A stretch of 64,000 nt of DNA. Origin: Spironucleus salmonicida (Eukaryota). The notes beneath the pieces were generated by a model, which saw nothing but the letters and a program-made list of their open reading frames with translations, did no database searches and had not been told where the DNA came from. Positions 35,911 to 49,284 of this stretch are shown one piece after another; position 1 is the stretch's first letter; each line of letters starts with the position of its first letter. The stretch is taken from the NCBI RefSeq assembly GCF_000497125.1, contig NC_090596.1, forward strand, positions 806,001 to 870,000, in the 5' to 3' direction. The position numbers were made by a program, and so were the translations under genes.

Positions 35911-36773
35911 ACTCCGAGTCGGCACCACCGATCATCAAACCTGACACTGCAAAGCAGAATCCATCTGCGTTCAACGAAAAGCATTGGCTGAATCCGGTAT
36001 TCTGGCTGAACGACGATACGGGTTTCAACTGCTCCCAGTCGCTGATTTAGATAAAGTTGCGGGCGTCTGGCATGTAAACTACTGATGCTACTCAAATCAA
36101 GTACCTCAAGTCCTTCCTGGCGAGGGGTATAGCCGTCTCGGGGCGCCAGCTGGTCCCGTTCGAGGGGGCCGAGGCGCTCAGCTACTCCCAGTACAGGGGC
36201 GGCATCCTCACGAATATTACTAACCCCTGCCCCAAGTCATCCTACCAGCAGTCCAACCACCAGGTCACCTTCATCGGCTACGGAACCGTGAAGGGCACCG
36301 AGGTGTGGGTGCTGATGAACTCGTGGGGGACCCAGTGGGGCGTCGGTGGCTCCTTCTACGTGGAGATCGGGTCCAACGCGCTCTGCAACGAGTACGACGC
36401 AGTTGCCGTTTTGCCCAGGTTCTCGAAGTACAATACCACTAAGGAGCCACTTGGCATGCCCTACAACCAGTCGGAACTCTACAAGCAGGGGCACAACAAG
36501 TACGTCTACGACCTCTTCCCCGAGGTGCGCTGGGGCATGAACGGCCTGGACAGCGTGGATACAGACGGCAAACCGTAGTTCCTAGAGGGGAAGATTTCCA
36601 ACTCCGTCTGGATCCTGGCCGGCATTGTCTGCGTCTTCTTCATGGTCATCATGAGCTTCGTCTGCAAGTGCCTCTGCTGCCCGCCGCCGAAGAAGATCAA
36701 GGTGGCGCTGTACGAGAACCTGTCTGGCGCGCAGGTGCAGGAGATCAACTGGAGCGAGGGTGTCACAGGATGA
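35911..36773 (+). pseudogene. 5'-truncated copy of the membrane-anchored cathepsin, lacking the catalytic Cys (in-frame ATGs at 35748, 35781, 35850)
   Basis: Inverted copy of 56693-57555 only; retains NHQV and NSWG but not QGTCGSCWA. Confidence 0.8.
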
Positions 36774-36821
36774 CCCTCTGCGTGAACGCATTACTGTATT
36801 ACCTATATGTTAAAGCTCACT

Positions 36822-36950
36822 TCAACCTGAATGCCCCGCGCGCAGCTTCCTCTCCATCACGCGATTCGCTACGAGCTCGACCGGTAGGAGCACGGTGGTC
36901 ACCGCCACCACGTACTGCAGTACCGTCTTCGCCGTGAACCAGGCCTGCAT
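36822..36950 (-). CDS. Small hydrophobic protein (42 aa), copy of 56516-56644
   Basis: GC3-rich, TATA-like upstream, TGA followed by AGTGA. Confidence 0.5.
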   Translation of the reverse strand: MQAWFTAKTVLQYVVAVTTVLLPVELVANRVMERKLRAGHSG

Positions 36951-37033
36951 TCTGCGGGTGGGTTTTGTTTGGACTATGTAAGAATCGTGGGTATTATATA
37001 CAATGCGATGGTAAGGGAAAAGGAATGCGAGGC

Positions 37034-37308
37034 TCACTGGGGTACTCGCCAGCGCCCCGGAGGGAGACCCACAGCTCGGTTAGCTGCCGCTCCAGAGGGA
37101 TGTGCTCGGTCCCCACCAGGAGCGTCATGCCGGACTTCGCGTCGTGGAACTCCGTGAACCGGCCCTGGTGCCTGGTGTCGATGCCGCAGTCTATCGCGAG
37201 GGTCTGCTAGAAGTTTGGCGCGGTGAGCCTGGCGAAGCTGCCGCAGATCCGGACGGAGCACGGACCGGTGGAGGCGCCGCGTCGCAGCAGGCAGTTTGTG
37301 AGTTCCAT
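37034..37308 (-). CDS. Hypothetical protein, copy of 56158 (3' end uncertain)
   Basis: GC3-rich frame ending at an out-of-frame AGTGA. Confidence 0.45.
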
Positions 37309-37425
37309 TTCTGCGACTCAATGGGCTTGGTAAGTTACCATATAAATATCGGTTTGTTTTTAAACTGCGTCCGGATTTTACTCGAGAAGGTAAATATAAA
37401 TCCATATTCGATAACTTAAGAAAAA

Positions 37426-37498
37426 TACCTGTTCTAGGAATCGAACCAAGGACCGACAGAACTTCAGTCTGACGCTCTACCATCTGAGCTAAACAGGC
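37426..37498 (-). tRNA. tRNA-Phe(GAA)
   Basis: Exact reverse complement of 55968-56040. Confidence 0.93.
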
Positions 37499-37605
37499 AT
37501 AATATAATTATTCATAATATATTATGATAGATATAAATGATTATAATTGAAATTACAATTCTAGATACATTAATATAACTAAACATGAAAATGAAAGAAT
37601 GCGAA

Positions 37606-38676
37606 TCAGAATTCCTTTCTAGCCCAATCGGAATCGGCATCAAATCTGAAATCAAGAGCTTCTATGACTTCACCTTCTTTGAATCTGAGAGTAACAGTAC
37701 CGACTGTTCTGAAAGTTATGGAACCAACGCCGTGTCTCTTACCATTTTGATAATCTCCTTGATAAATATTACCTAACTTATCAATAAACTTACCTTTACC
37801 GTCACGAACATCATTTCTAAACTGACCCTCATAAACAGTACCATCCTGAGATTTGAAAATACCTTTACCACAAGCAACACCAGCTTTCCATTCACCTTCG
37901 TAAACAGAGCCATCTTAAAATGTGTGGATACCAAAACCATCCTTAACGCCGTCTTTGAATTCACCTTCATAGACATTGCCAGTTGCTAAGGTAAGGGTAC
38001 CTTTACCATTGAACATATCGTTTCTAAATTCACCCTCGTAAACGAACTATCTGCATCTTAGCGTACCAAACCCGTGTCTAGCTTCATTGACGTATTCACC
38101 TTCATAAACGGTACCATCAGTAGAAGTATACTTGCCTTTGCCTTACTTCTTTTCATGCTCGAATTAACCTTCATAAACATCTCCATTAGAATAAGTATAT
38201 TTACCGACACCATGGAATTCACCATTCACAAATGAACCCTCATATGTTTCGACAACTTTTCCATTTTCTAAAAAGCGGAGTATACCTTAGCCGTGTCTCA
38301 TATCATTCTTCCAATCACCATCAAATTCTTCTTCATCACCTAAAGTTTGAACACCTTTACCGTGTCTTTCACCTTAAACCCAGTTACCAACATAGATATC
38401 GCCATCAGCTTTGGTTAAGCGACCGAAACCATGAATTTCATTATTAGCCCATTCTCCATCATATACATCACCTGATGGGAATCTGCAGATACCTTTACCA
38501 TGGACTTAGTTATTTTACCATTATCCTTCATATTCAGCTCCGTCAGGATAAATGAATTTACCTTAACCATGCTTCATACCCATATTGAATTAACCAATAT
38601 ACTGAGAACCGTCATCGTATTCAAGATGGCCAGATCCATGCATCTTACCTTCAACAATATCACCGCAGTACTTCAT
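37606..38676 (-). CDS. MORN1: MORN-repeat protein, MORN1-like (356 aa)
   Basis: Tandem YEGEW..G.RHGKG-type repeats throughout; N-terminus MKYCGDIVEGKMHGSG. Confidence 0.88.
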
Positions 38677-39184
38677 TAAGTGAAAGGGAAGTAATCAAAG
38701 CGGAAAATCTGGAGAGAAGTGATTTATATTGAATGTTATTATATATTGAAAACGTAATTATAAAAATTTCGTTTTTCATAAATACACACATATACTAATA
38801 TTTATAATATATAGCGCATACTACTAACTTATACTACCATGATAACAAAAAATAACGTATATACATAAGTCAGTATTTTAAGTCTCAGAATACCTTCAGG
38901 CTACTATCCTAGATTTATTGTTTTGGAGACTATCAATTAAAGCATAATTATATATATATCCATTTTTCAGACGATTTCCAAAGAATCACTAATTTAAATT
39001 ACATAAGTTTCTTTTTTCATTCCCGGAACTGTTAACCACCATTATATTAAATATTTTATCAAATTAACAAAAATTACTAACTAAAACTGGGAATTATAAA
39101 AATAGAGTTTTTGAATTTTACAATATAAATTATATTATATAATATTATATAATTATTTCTAAAACCGAACTTGTCAATTTTTCC

Positions 39185-39685
39185 ATGCACCCTTATTTCG
39201 CTCGATAATAAACGATTCTCAAACCCGTCGAACCACGAATGCTGCGGAAAACCTAGTCCCTAAATACTTAGCATCAAACTTTCATATCGCAGTACGTGAA
39301 GTCTATCAGTCCAAAATTGCTCAAATTCTCCACAATTCCGTCCTTCAAGGATGCGCTGCTTGATAATTCCTCAAGCGAACGCTGCTTCGTGCCACAGCGA
39401 AGCCTGTGCCTCAACAGTCGGCCTGTTCTGAGCATTAGCAGCAGAGGCGACTTCGCGGAGCGGATCTCCAATGAGATGTACTTGAAGCAAAGGCAAGCAG
39501 ATGAGCACTTCCAGAAGGTCAGCAAAATTAAAAAAGCAGTAGTCCTTACGGCCCTGGCACATGAGGTAGTGGTCTAGATTAAAAATCTACGGTTGGAGGT
39601 TGTCAAGGAGCTGAAGATGATTCAGCGGCTTAAGGGGGCGCAGGAGTAGTAGCGGCAGGACATTTTGTGTTATTTTGATTTTTGA
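39185..39685 (+). CDS. Hypothetical protein (166 aa)
   Basis: Code-6 extension of track ORF 39296; TATA-rich upstream. Confidence 0.65.
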
Positions 39686-39848
39686 CTAGGTATTGTTATT
39701 AGTATTATTATATTATGTTTAATAGAAAGTGTACGTTTTCCAATTGGTATTATATAATTATTATATTAATATAAATATACTTGTGTTTTCATTGGTTTTT
39801 TGAATTCAAGTATTGGTAATAATTTTAATTGCCTACTATATTCTCCAA

Positions 39849-40325
39849 ATGCTAAAGATGAATACAAGAACACTAACAAAGTCACTAAGACCAAACTTTT
39901 CAGTCACTTTCGGCAAGAATGCGAGCCCGCAATTATACAAAATCCCTCAGTTTCTGTCGTTTAAGTAGCTGTTGATCGAGAACGCGCAAGACGAGTCATT
40001 AGAGATCAGCGAAGGTAGCCTGCCGCGGATTGAACTGGAAACACTACCAGATGATGATAATATCCCAGATAGCGAACTATCAGACTTCGCGGAGCTCATA
40101 TCTAGCCAGCTGAAGCAGTTAGAAAAGGCAAAAGAGCGGCCGGAGACACCGAGGTAGCGGCTACGACACCTCCTGGGAACCGCAAAAGATGAAGTTGAAT
40201 GCTTGCTCAAAGCAGTGGACCAGATCGATGTCCTCCTGGAAAGACTAGATAAAAAAGTCAGGAAGTTCATCTAGAGGCAGGACAAGTTGCATTAAACAGC
40301 ATAATATTATCTAGATGCAGTTTGA
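39849..40325 (+). CDS. Hypothetical protein (158 aa), coiled-coil C-terminus
   Basis: Code-6 extension of track ORF 39972. Confidence 0.65.
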
Positions 40326-40407
40326 AGTGTGAATTTTATCGCTTATTAATATATTTAAATATTTTATAATTTTTGATTCGATTTCCGGTTTTCACTCCAC
40401 TTCGTCA

Positions 40408-40818
40408 ATGTCCACTACCATCATTGCCAAGAAGAAGACTGCAGTAGCCCGTGCTATCATTTCCAACGGTAAGGGTGAAATCCGCGTTAATAATGTTCCT
40501 CTTTCCCTTATCCGCCCTGAAATCCTCAGAGAAAAAGCCATGGAAGCCGTTGCTCTCGTTGGTGAGAAAAATCTTTCTCATATCAACATCAACATTACCG
40601 TACGTGGTGGTGGTTATGTTTCCCAGCTCTACGCCGTTAGACAGGCTATTGCTAAGTCTATTGTTGCTTCTATCACTGATGCTGAACAGAAGGAGAATAT
40701 CAAGAAACTCTATCTTTCAGTAGACAGATAAATGCTCGTCGCCGATACTCGCGTTTGTGAGGCTAAGAAATTCGGCGGCCGTGGTGCCCGTGCCAGACGT
40801 CAAAAGTCTTATAGATGA
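40408..40818 (+). CDS. RPS16: 40S ribosomal protein S16 (uS9)
   Basis: KKKTAVA, VRGGGYVSQLYAVRQAIAK; the conserved end KKFGGRGARARRQKSYR is reached only by reading TAA 40729 as sense. Confidence 0.96.
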
Positions 40819-40941
40819 TTTAATTAACTTTAAATTTAATATATGACTCAAAAGAGCAATATGTGACGAGTAAACTATGATGTTTACCCAATTTTATTGC
40901 AATTTCGAGACTCTTTTATATATATTATACATTAAACAACT

Positions 40942-42732
40942 TCACTTTGAAATTTGTCTCCAAATTTCTATTCCTGCCTAAGCTCTAATTTCGGCGGCTA
41001 GAGTCTCATCAAGTAATATTTGCGCATGCATTTCTACATCAAACGATTTCTACGCTGTTATTTTTCTTTAACTCGTAGATTTCTACTATGGTTATGATTA
41101 GTTAATGACTGACTTTTCTATAGCTTTACTTGTTTACGTTGACACTATTTTAACATCAGGTTTACTATGCCCTATAGGCCGAATTTATTTTAACTTAATT
41201 TATATTTTAAAAATTTCTTATTTAAGCTTATTTTCGCGATCTTTATAGTATTCTTCTAAGTTATTATATGATTCCTAATTTTAAACTTTACTACCTTTTT
41301 CCAATTTTACCTAATTGAAGGAAATTTGCAATTGATCATAGTCTATCCTAGTTTAGTTGTATTTATTTTCTAAGTTTTACAGTTACTTGGATTTAAAAGA
41401 CATTGTATTTCGCATAGATAAATTTTCATTTAGTAATAACGTTCCACGTTTTTCAGTTATATTAACCTTATTCTATAATAAATCAATATTTTATAATAAT
41501 TTAAGCTCTCTTGTTTCCATTTATTAATTCATGGTCTTAAAATATTCCACATTTTCAACTAGACCTAATCGTGAAGATAATTTCTAGTTCCAAGTACTGA
41601 AATCTACATCATCTATATCAAATAAATTCATTACTAAATTAATTAGTTTTTTATACTTAATCATGCCCATTCCTTGGTTTTATACTTCTTACTTCAATGT
41701 TTCGATTTCTTTATTTTTAGATAAAATCTTTTCAGTTTCTTTTTTGAATTTAAACTTTAATCGCTTTTCTGCAACTACTTACCTCTAAATCTCATTGCGC
41801 AACCCATCTAATATTTCAGTATTGTCATTAACTATCAGCGTTTGCTCAATAAGTTGTGATATTTTTAGGTCTTTCTCTGTTATCTCAGCAGCATAGTCTT
41901 TACTTTATGGAATATCTTCTAATGTTAAATTAGTTTCTAAAAGTTCAGATCTCTATTATAAATGTAAGTTTTAGCTTTAGAGTGTCTTTATTTGGTTAGA
42001 ATATACTTACAAACTATTGTTTAGTGAATTTATTTCCTCTTTTGAGATATCACATTATATATGCTTGTCTTAGTTAGGTTTTTAACCCAATTATGCTTTT
42101 AAATTATCAATTTCAGTGATATATATTGTATAGTCTTGCTGTTAATGTTCTTATGTTTCTGTAACAGAGTCAATCAAAGTACGTCTATTAAGCTGCTTTT
42201 TCATTCTTAGTTTTTCTTCAATAAGCTCGTTTTTATCATCTAGCAACTCTTAAATTCTAACTTCTAGACGAGAAATCTTTTCATTTTGATCAATTTACTA
42301 TAATTATGAATGGAGCTTCGACTAGAGTTAAAAAGGAATTTTAGGAGAATTAATCAATAATGGCGTCTGAGTGATAAGTTTAACATTATTTAAATCTTAC
42401 TTGAGTGTAGTCAAATCGGTAGAAAATTTTTATACACGTTCCAACATAGTCTTATTTGTAGATATAAGTTCTGCTCGTTTTTCTTGTAAGTATTCATTTT
42501 ATTCAGTCTTATTATGCATCTTTTCACGAAATCTGTCGTTAAGCTCATCTAGTTATTAATGCAAGCTAATAATCTCATGGCCTTGATCTTCGTTTTACAT
42601 TAAAGCTAACTCGTGCTCCTCACTAAATTGTATGAGCTAAATTTAAATTCCTTCTATATCTATCTATGGAAACTTTGGGAGTTAATCCTTTAATTCTTTT
42701 AGAATTTATTTTATAGATGTGAACTCTTCCAT
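40942..42732 (-). CDS. Hypothetical coiled-coil protein (596 aa)
   Basis: Frame checked free of TGA; ends AAGTGA. Confidence 0.8.
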
Positions 42733-43120
42733 TCAAATTAGTTAATTTAATATATGTATATATAAGATACATTTACTGAATTAAAGGCACAATGATTTAT
42801 ATAAGTTTAAAACTGAATATATAGAAAATTGAGTACCATTATCAGGGCCGACTGAATATTTAAAATACACCGCCAGATTTGTACTTGCCTCAAACGGTCT
42901 CAAAATTAAAAACGAATTATTTCTACCGTTTATATAATTAACTATCGTAAAACACATCTCACCAGCATTTAAGTTTCGACAACTGCACTTTTTCATTGAG
43001 TCCTTAACATTAGTCACAAATAATTATACAATTTTTTTTATACAATTGTACATTTTCGACTAGCAGATCTTACCAGTTACTACCTAAATATATAAATTTA
43101 AAATCGCCGCTCCCCAATTC

Positions 43121-43567
43121 ATGCCAATTTCACTCGTATACGCTTCAGAAACTGGTACCGCGCAGGGACTCGCGGATGCTGCCAAGGCTATTTTAGAGCA
43201 AAAAGGACTCACGTGCGAAATTTTCAGCGCTGATGCCGCCTGCGCAAGCGTATTTGGGAGCAATTTCGTATATATCACCTGCACTTTCTACGATGGTGAG
43301 CACCCGGCATCAGCATAGATAAACGGCGAGTTCTTTGCTAAATCAGCTCCGTACATTGGAGCGTGTAGCGGTGCGAAATTTGCAGTGTTTGGTATCGGTA
43401 GCACCAGTTACGAACAATTTAACGTCGCTGCCATCGAGGCCGAAACGGTGTTTACAGGCCTCGGGGGAACTATGGTGGTTGATACAGTAAAACACGACAT
43501 GGACGGTAGTGAAGATGTAAATTAGGTACTTGAAGCGTTCATTAAGGAGTTCGCTTCAAAAATTTGA
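43121..43567 (+). CDS. Stand-alone flavodoxin (148 aa), paralogue of 30014
   Basis: VYASETGTAQ, TCTFYDGEHP, FAVFGIGSTSYEQFN. Confidence 0.9.
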
Positions 43568-44277
43568 CAAAGTGATGGTTAACATTTGATGTTTGGGCGA
43601 AAATAGATTCTTTAGAGTAGATTCGAGAGGATATATGAATACTATGATTAAATTATATATAACTATTCCATCGGAACCTTCAAATGCTAGAAAAAGAAAA
43701 TTTTTAACTGAAGAAGGTTAAGGCGGTATAGATGAATAATAAACTGATTTTAGATTTATAATAATTTTTATCTGTTTAACTTAAGTATAAGTTTCTGTGC
43801 TTTTGTCGGTACTATTTATGAAGTTTATAGAGTTTATTTATGTAAACATAAAATATACAAAAATAATATAAAGTAATATATTAAATAAATATAATATTAA
43901 CATGAATATATATTTTTTTCAACATCCAGTTTACTCACTAAATTATAAATTCGTACATGTTTAATATTATTCGAACACTTAGCTTAAACTACTAGTTTGT
44001 TATATTAGGAACCCTTAGTAACGTTTTCTAATTTTGTGACATAAATTGCGGTTAGATAAATGAATTATTAATAGAAAATTGGTGATAATCTTATTTAATA
44101 TTGTCAACCAAGCTAAGTATTTACAAGGGCTATCTAATAAAACGCTATCTTTAGATTTTTGAGAGTTATATAATTAGAATAATTTTAATCTTTATATATT
44201 AAAATTATAAATATTTTAATTCTATATAGGATTTTATAGTTTAATGTATATAACTATTTTTAATTTAACTCACAGAA

Positions 44278-44730
44278 ATGGAAGAGCCCCAAATATTTTT
44301 GGACTTCATTGTATACACCGAACCAGGTTTTTAAAACACAGTGAAGAGAGTGGTTAAGTAGGATCTTTCATGTCATAAGCGGTTTTGGACTGAAAACGAG
44401 CATACTATTATAAATAATGGTTTATTACGTTATGGGTACAGACCATCTGTTATTTCTAGAAGCCTACGTTATCGATCAACAGCACAAGTTATTTCTCATT
44501 TATAAAAAGTTTGTCATCGTTTTGATAAGATTTTGGAAAAAGATGGGGTTGAGTTTGATGATACAAAAAGAGTAATGAATATTGATCCCCGAAAAATGTT
44601 TACTATTTTATAAAAATAAGGTTTAGGTACAGGAATCGTATCCCATTATATAGCACGTGTATTTGATCTAACAATAGAGAAAATATGTGGTATTATAGCT
44701 GAGAAAGATTCCAGTTTAAGTGATTGTTGA
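44278..44730 (+). CDS. Myb-like protein, SHAQKYF type (150 aa)
   Basis: WTENEH..INNGLLRYG....ISRSLRYRSTAQVISHLQK. Confidence 0.8.
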
Positions 44731-45257
44731 CATATCACCATTTAACATTCTTTTTGTCAATATAACTAAATTCTTATAAATGACTTATATAAGTACTAGG
44801 AGGAGATTATCTAAATCTTTTAGGAGGATGTGAAGGAGTCCAATACGACCTTACATATACATTAGGCTAAGTAAGATGTGCTTATTAAATTATTTTTTAT
44901 GTTTAATCATTCTTCGAAGAAATAGGTAACTCCTATGAAGTGAATAATCTTTCTTACACAGGTGTTTTAGATATTTAAGATCTAGATAAGTTAAGACCTT
45001 ATCGCATACTGTGCATCGTGGAGTCGTATATTTATTATATTTCACTAATATTATTAGATGACTAAATATATTTAGTTATATTATCAATTACTTCAATACC
45101 ATATGGGCGTAACTTATACTGTATTTTATTTGATGATGATTTAGGCATTTAAAAATTATTATAATATTTATATATAATATTATGATTTCTTATTTTATAA
45201 AATAGTATAATATACTTAATTTAGATGTATATTTATTTTCTTTCCAATCCGCAAAAT

Positions 45258-48200
45258 ATGAAGCGAGTTTTCATTTCGCATTTGGATACTTCAACAGGTA
45301 AGGCTTGTGCCCATGTATTCCGCTGCTTTGGTTATGAAATTTATGGCACTTTGCAGGATAATGATGATTCAGTTCCAGCTCCAGTTGATGCAGCGTAAAT
45401 TGTTCCACCACCTACATCTGATTATGAGACATTTAAGCAGCAAATATTATCTTGCTCTGTTATTGTTTATGATCTTCTCACTCCAAAAGAAGCAGTAACC
45501 GCGTTTGAAATAGTTTCAAAATCTCCAAACTAAAGAAAAATGATTTGCATTTCTACTTTTATGACATGGGCTCGTACTGAATTACCACCACTCGGTGAGC
45601 AAGAACCAGATCCATTAGATGAGGACGAAGACACATTGCCGAATGAAAAGGAAATGGAGCCAGAAGAAGTAGCAGAACTTTATAAATAAGCAAAGTAAGA
45701 GACTCCCCAATGGATACTTGATAAAATTAAAGAAATCAAACGCAAGAAACGAGAAGAGGAGGAAGGTGAAGAGGAAGCTGTCGAAGAAGAAGCCCCATCC
45801 AATCCTGAGCCAGTAGAAGACGCTGCTAAAGAACCCGAAGAAGACCAAGAAACACCAGAAGAACCCGAAGAGGACCTCGAAGAACTCGAAGACCTAGAAG
45901 TCCCCGACGAAGAAGAGCTCCTCCTAGCGCTCCCCACGTACGGAATTACAGAGCAAGACTTCTAAAACCGCCGCCCCCACCCAGACTTCCGCGCCCACTT
46001 AGCAGCCGAAAACAACATCATCCAAATCCTTTCAACGTCCGAAAATTTAACTGGCGCTATTGTGACGCCAGGAATAATCTACGGCTACGGCGAGACGTCC
46101 CTAGCACCGCTTTTCCGCAAAATTTACGCTCAAGAAATCCAAAAAGCGCCGCTTTTCTACGGTGGCCATTAACGTTCTCTGCCGTTCGTGCACGCCCTAG
46201 ATCTGGCCATTTTGGTCCATTCTTTGACCCAAGAAGCCCAGCCGCCAAAAGAATTTCCGTTCGTTTTCGCGGTTCAGAGGCAGCAAATTACGGCCAGAGA
46301 ATTCGCTGAAATTCTCGGTTTGAAGCTCTTTTTGGACGACCCAAAACGCGAGGAAATCGCTCTCCAGCAGCGCGAAATCGCGCTAAAAATCAAGCCAAAA
46401 CCGCTCACTTTGCAGACTTTTAAGCTCTGGAAAGCGAGGCGAACGGCCCCAAAAAGCCTCCCAAAATACGTCAAAGAGTACGGAAAAACCGAAACGCTCA
46501 CGACCGAAAACGCGATTTCAGAGCTCCTCTAGAACGTTCCGATGGTGCCAGGATTCGCCTGCAGCGAAATTCTGAACGCCAAATGGCCACTTTTCGCCCG
46601 AAAAGGCGTTCTTGAAAATCTCGAATTGGCGTTTAGCGAATATCTGGCCGCTTGGGGCCTGAAACCCGTCAGAATAATGATCTAGACGCGTCCTGACTGC
46701 AAAATCACTTTAGGAAAGGAAATTGGCGTTTTTCTTAGCAAAATGCTCAGCGTCGATCCCAGGGACGACGGGCGCCAAAAGAACGCATTTCTGACGGATT
46801 TGGCGAATTCTGTCGGCCGGCAGCGCGAGGAACAGACCGAAAACGCGTTTTTCGCGGCCGAAGACGACCCAAAAAGCGTCAAAATCGTCGATTGTCAACT
46901 TTACGACAAATTGTCTCTGGAATCGCTTTTTGAGAAACTGGCGCTTGACAGAAACATCAGAAATCGCGGATTCGTTCTCATAAATTTGCCGATTGACGTT
47001 TTCGTGGACGAAATGTTCGGGAAACCGGCGATTTCGAACGTTTTCGAGCGATACGCCGATTTGGGTTTAAAAGAAGCGAAAAAGAAGAGAAAAACGGATG
47101 AAAATGACGAAATTGACGAAATTGAAGAGGAGGAAATTCCGGAATGGCTGAATGAGCCGGACGTGCAAATTGACGAGGAGGAGAAGATTCAGCGCGTTAG
47201 AGAGCGCATTTTGGTGCCGTACACTGCGCCGCAGGAAATCTTCACTTTTGGCAAATAAGGGCTGTAAAAGCTAGCGGATCCGCCGCATGACAAATATGAG
47301 TTTTACGACGCAAATATCTGTTTAGAGCATCCTGAGGGCTTCAGAATACCGTATCCTGACTATCTGATCGATTTGACGAAGATTTTGAGGTACGAATAGG
47401 CGCCTGAGGCGAGTTTTAATGACTTTTTTGTGCGGTCTGAGGAGAAAGCTTTGTAGATCTATAAGGAAAGGGAGTTTAATCGGCTGTCGAATGTGCGAAA
47501 GGAGTATATCCTGAGAGTCAAAAATCAGCTTATTAAGGTTATTAATAAGTAGGCTGAAAAATCTGGCGAGGCCGAATACGACGAGGAGGGCTATAACTGG
47601 GTTGAAAATTATAACTTATAGGGGTTAAATCCGAAAATTGATCTCCCCAATTTCCCTATTCCTAAAAAAGAAGGTTTGCCGGAAGATCCAGAACCTGAAG
47701 AACCAGCTGAAGAAGGTGAAGAGGTCGAACCTGTGGTAAAGGAAATTAATCCTGAAGATTATAACTTAGGATTAGAGGACGAATAAGTCTATATTTTAAG
47801 GCGTTAGGAATAGGCTGAGCGTAGAGCGTCTAGAAAACAAAGAAATCAGTCACGTAAGGATAGGGAATAAAACGGTGATGAAAATATTTCAGATTTAGAG
47901 GAAGAAAAATCAGAACCTCAAATGGATGAAAATGGCAAAGAACTTCGCATGCAACCTAAGTTAAGACCATTCCTTAATGTTCCAAAGGTTCCTAAAACTA
48001 TTGATAATGTCAAAGTACCTGAGAAAACTTTACATGGTTTCATCTATCATATGTTAGAGTATATTAACTCATAATCAAAAATAAAATTACTGACCCCTTC
48101 AAATTCCCAACATTTCTCTGAAATCGCTTTAGAAACTGCTCAGTTTATTGGCCCATCTAGGGGATTCTAAAGAACTAAGAAGGAAAGAAAAGAACAATTG

Positions 48201-48509
48201 GAGAGAGAAAGGCTTATGCAAGAAATACAGAAGAGAATTGAGGAGGAAGAAAAAATGCGTGAAGCAGAAGCCAAGAGGATAGCAGAAGAACTTAGAATTA
48301 AAGAATTGAAAGAGCTTAGAGAAAAGTATGTCAAAGATGAAGAAAGACGTGTGTTGGATTTGAGTATACCATTAAGAAAATATATTAGCATCACGGTTCT
48401 TGGTGATTTATTGGATGGGCTTATCGAGGTAAGTAAAATTAGGCCTAGTGACCCGATAAGGTTTTTAGGTGAATTTTTGCTTGATAGAAGCGTCAAGGAC
48501 ATAGAGTGA
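45258..48509 (+). CDS. AK7: Adenylate kinase 7-like axonemal protein with Dpy-30 motif (1083 aa)
   Basis: RVFISHLD, ISTFMTWAR, RRPHPDF..HLAAE, GIIYGYGE, C-terminal SIPLRKY...RPSDPIRFLGEFL; track ORFs 46188, 46743 and 48198 are in one frame (gaps only partly checked for TGA). Confidence 0.8.
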
Positions 48510-48704
48510 TGGTGGTTTAAATTTTTTAGTATTTGCAAATGATCTTTGAGCAGTTTGGGATTTTAATCATAATTCTGAATCATTTTAAGTTTACCTCGTA
48601 ACCTTAAGTCTTCAGATTCAAATATTACTATAGTGAGACTCATAATAACGAAACATTTAGTGTTATGTAAATTAAAATTTACTAACCTTTACAATGTAAA
48701 CACA

Positions 48705-48896
48705 ATGGAAGAGTTATCATAATCACAAATTTCATTTGTTAACCACGAAATTTGTGTTATTACTTCCATACAAGCCTCACCACTAACCGATAAGATGAAA
48801 GATGTTAAAATAATCCAGCCTGAGAAAGGTAAATCCTCTGTGCATGAGACGACAGATAATAGTGAAGTATCTGACATGGAAGATAGTAATAAGTGA
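48705..48896 (+). CDS. Small hypothetical protein (63 aa)
   Basis: Open frame ending AAGTGA. Confidence 0.4.
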
Positions 48897-49284
48897 TAAC
48901 TTATATGTTAATCATATATGCTTGTAACCTAATAACTATCTATTCGCTAGAAATCTACAAAACAAAAATATTATTTATCGTAACTTATAGTATTTTATAC
49001 TAATTATTAGTAAATGCTGGAAATTACTGATGTTATATTTCTTACAAATTCATAGTTTTTCTATTTAATATTTATTTAACCAACAATAAGCTCTATAAAG
49101 TTTTTCCCGGTTTATAATAATTATATTTATATAAAATAATTAATAAGTACTCAAAATATTTTGTAATTCATAATCATTATAATTATATAAATTTATATAA
49201 GATTCTCTAAAAACTAATCTATAAACAAAAAACCTACTTTATTATAACTTAAATTAAAATAAGTAGAATATCTGTTTACTTAAA

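Larger units (their letters stand above)
35911..37498. repeat. Inverted duplicon matching 55968-57555
   Basis: Paired coordinates sum to 93466 throughout; ends at tRNA-Phe position 1. Confidence 0.95.
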
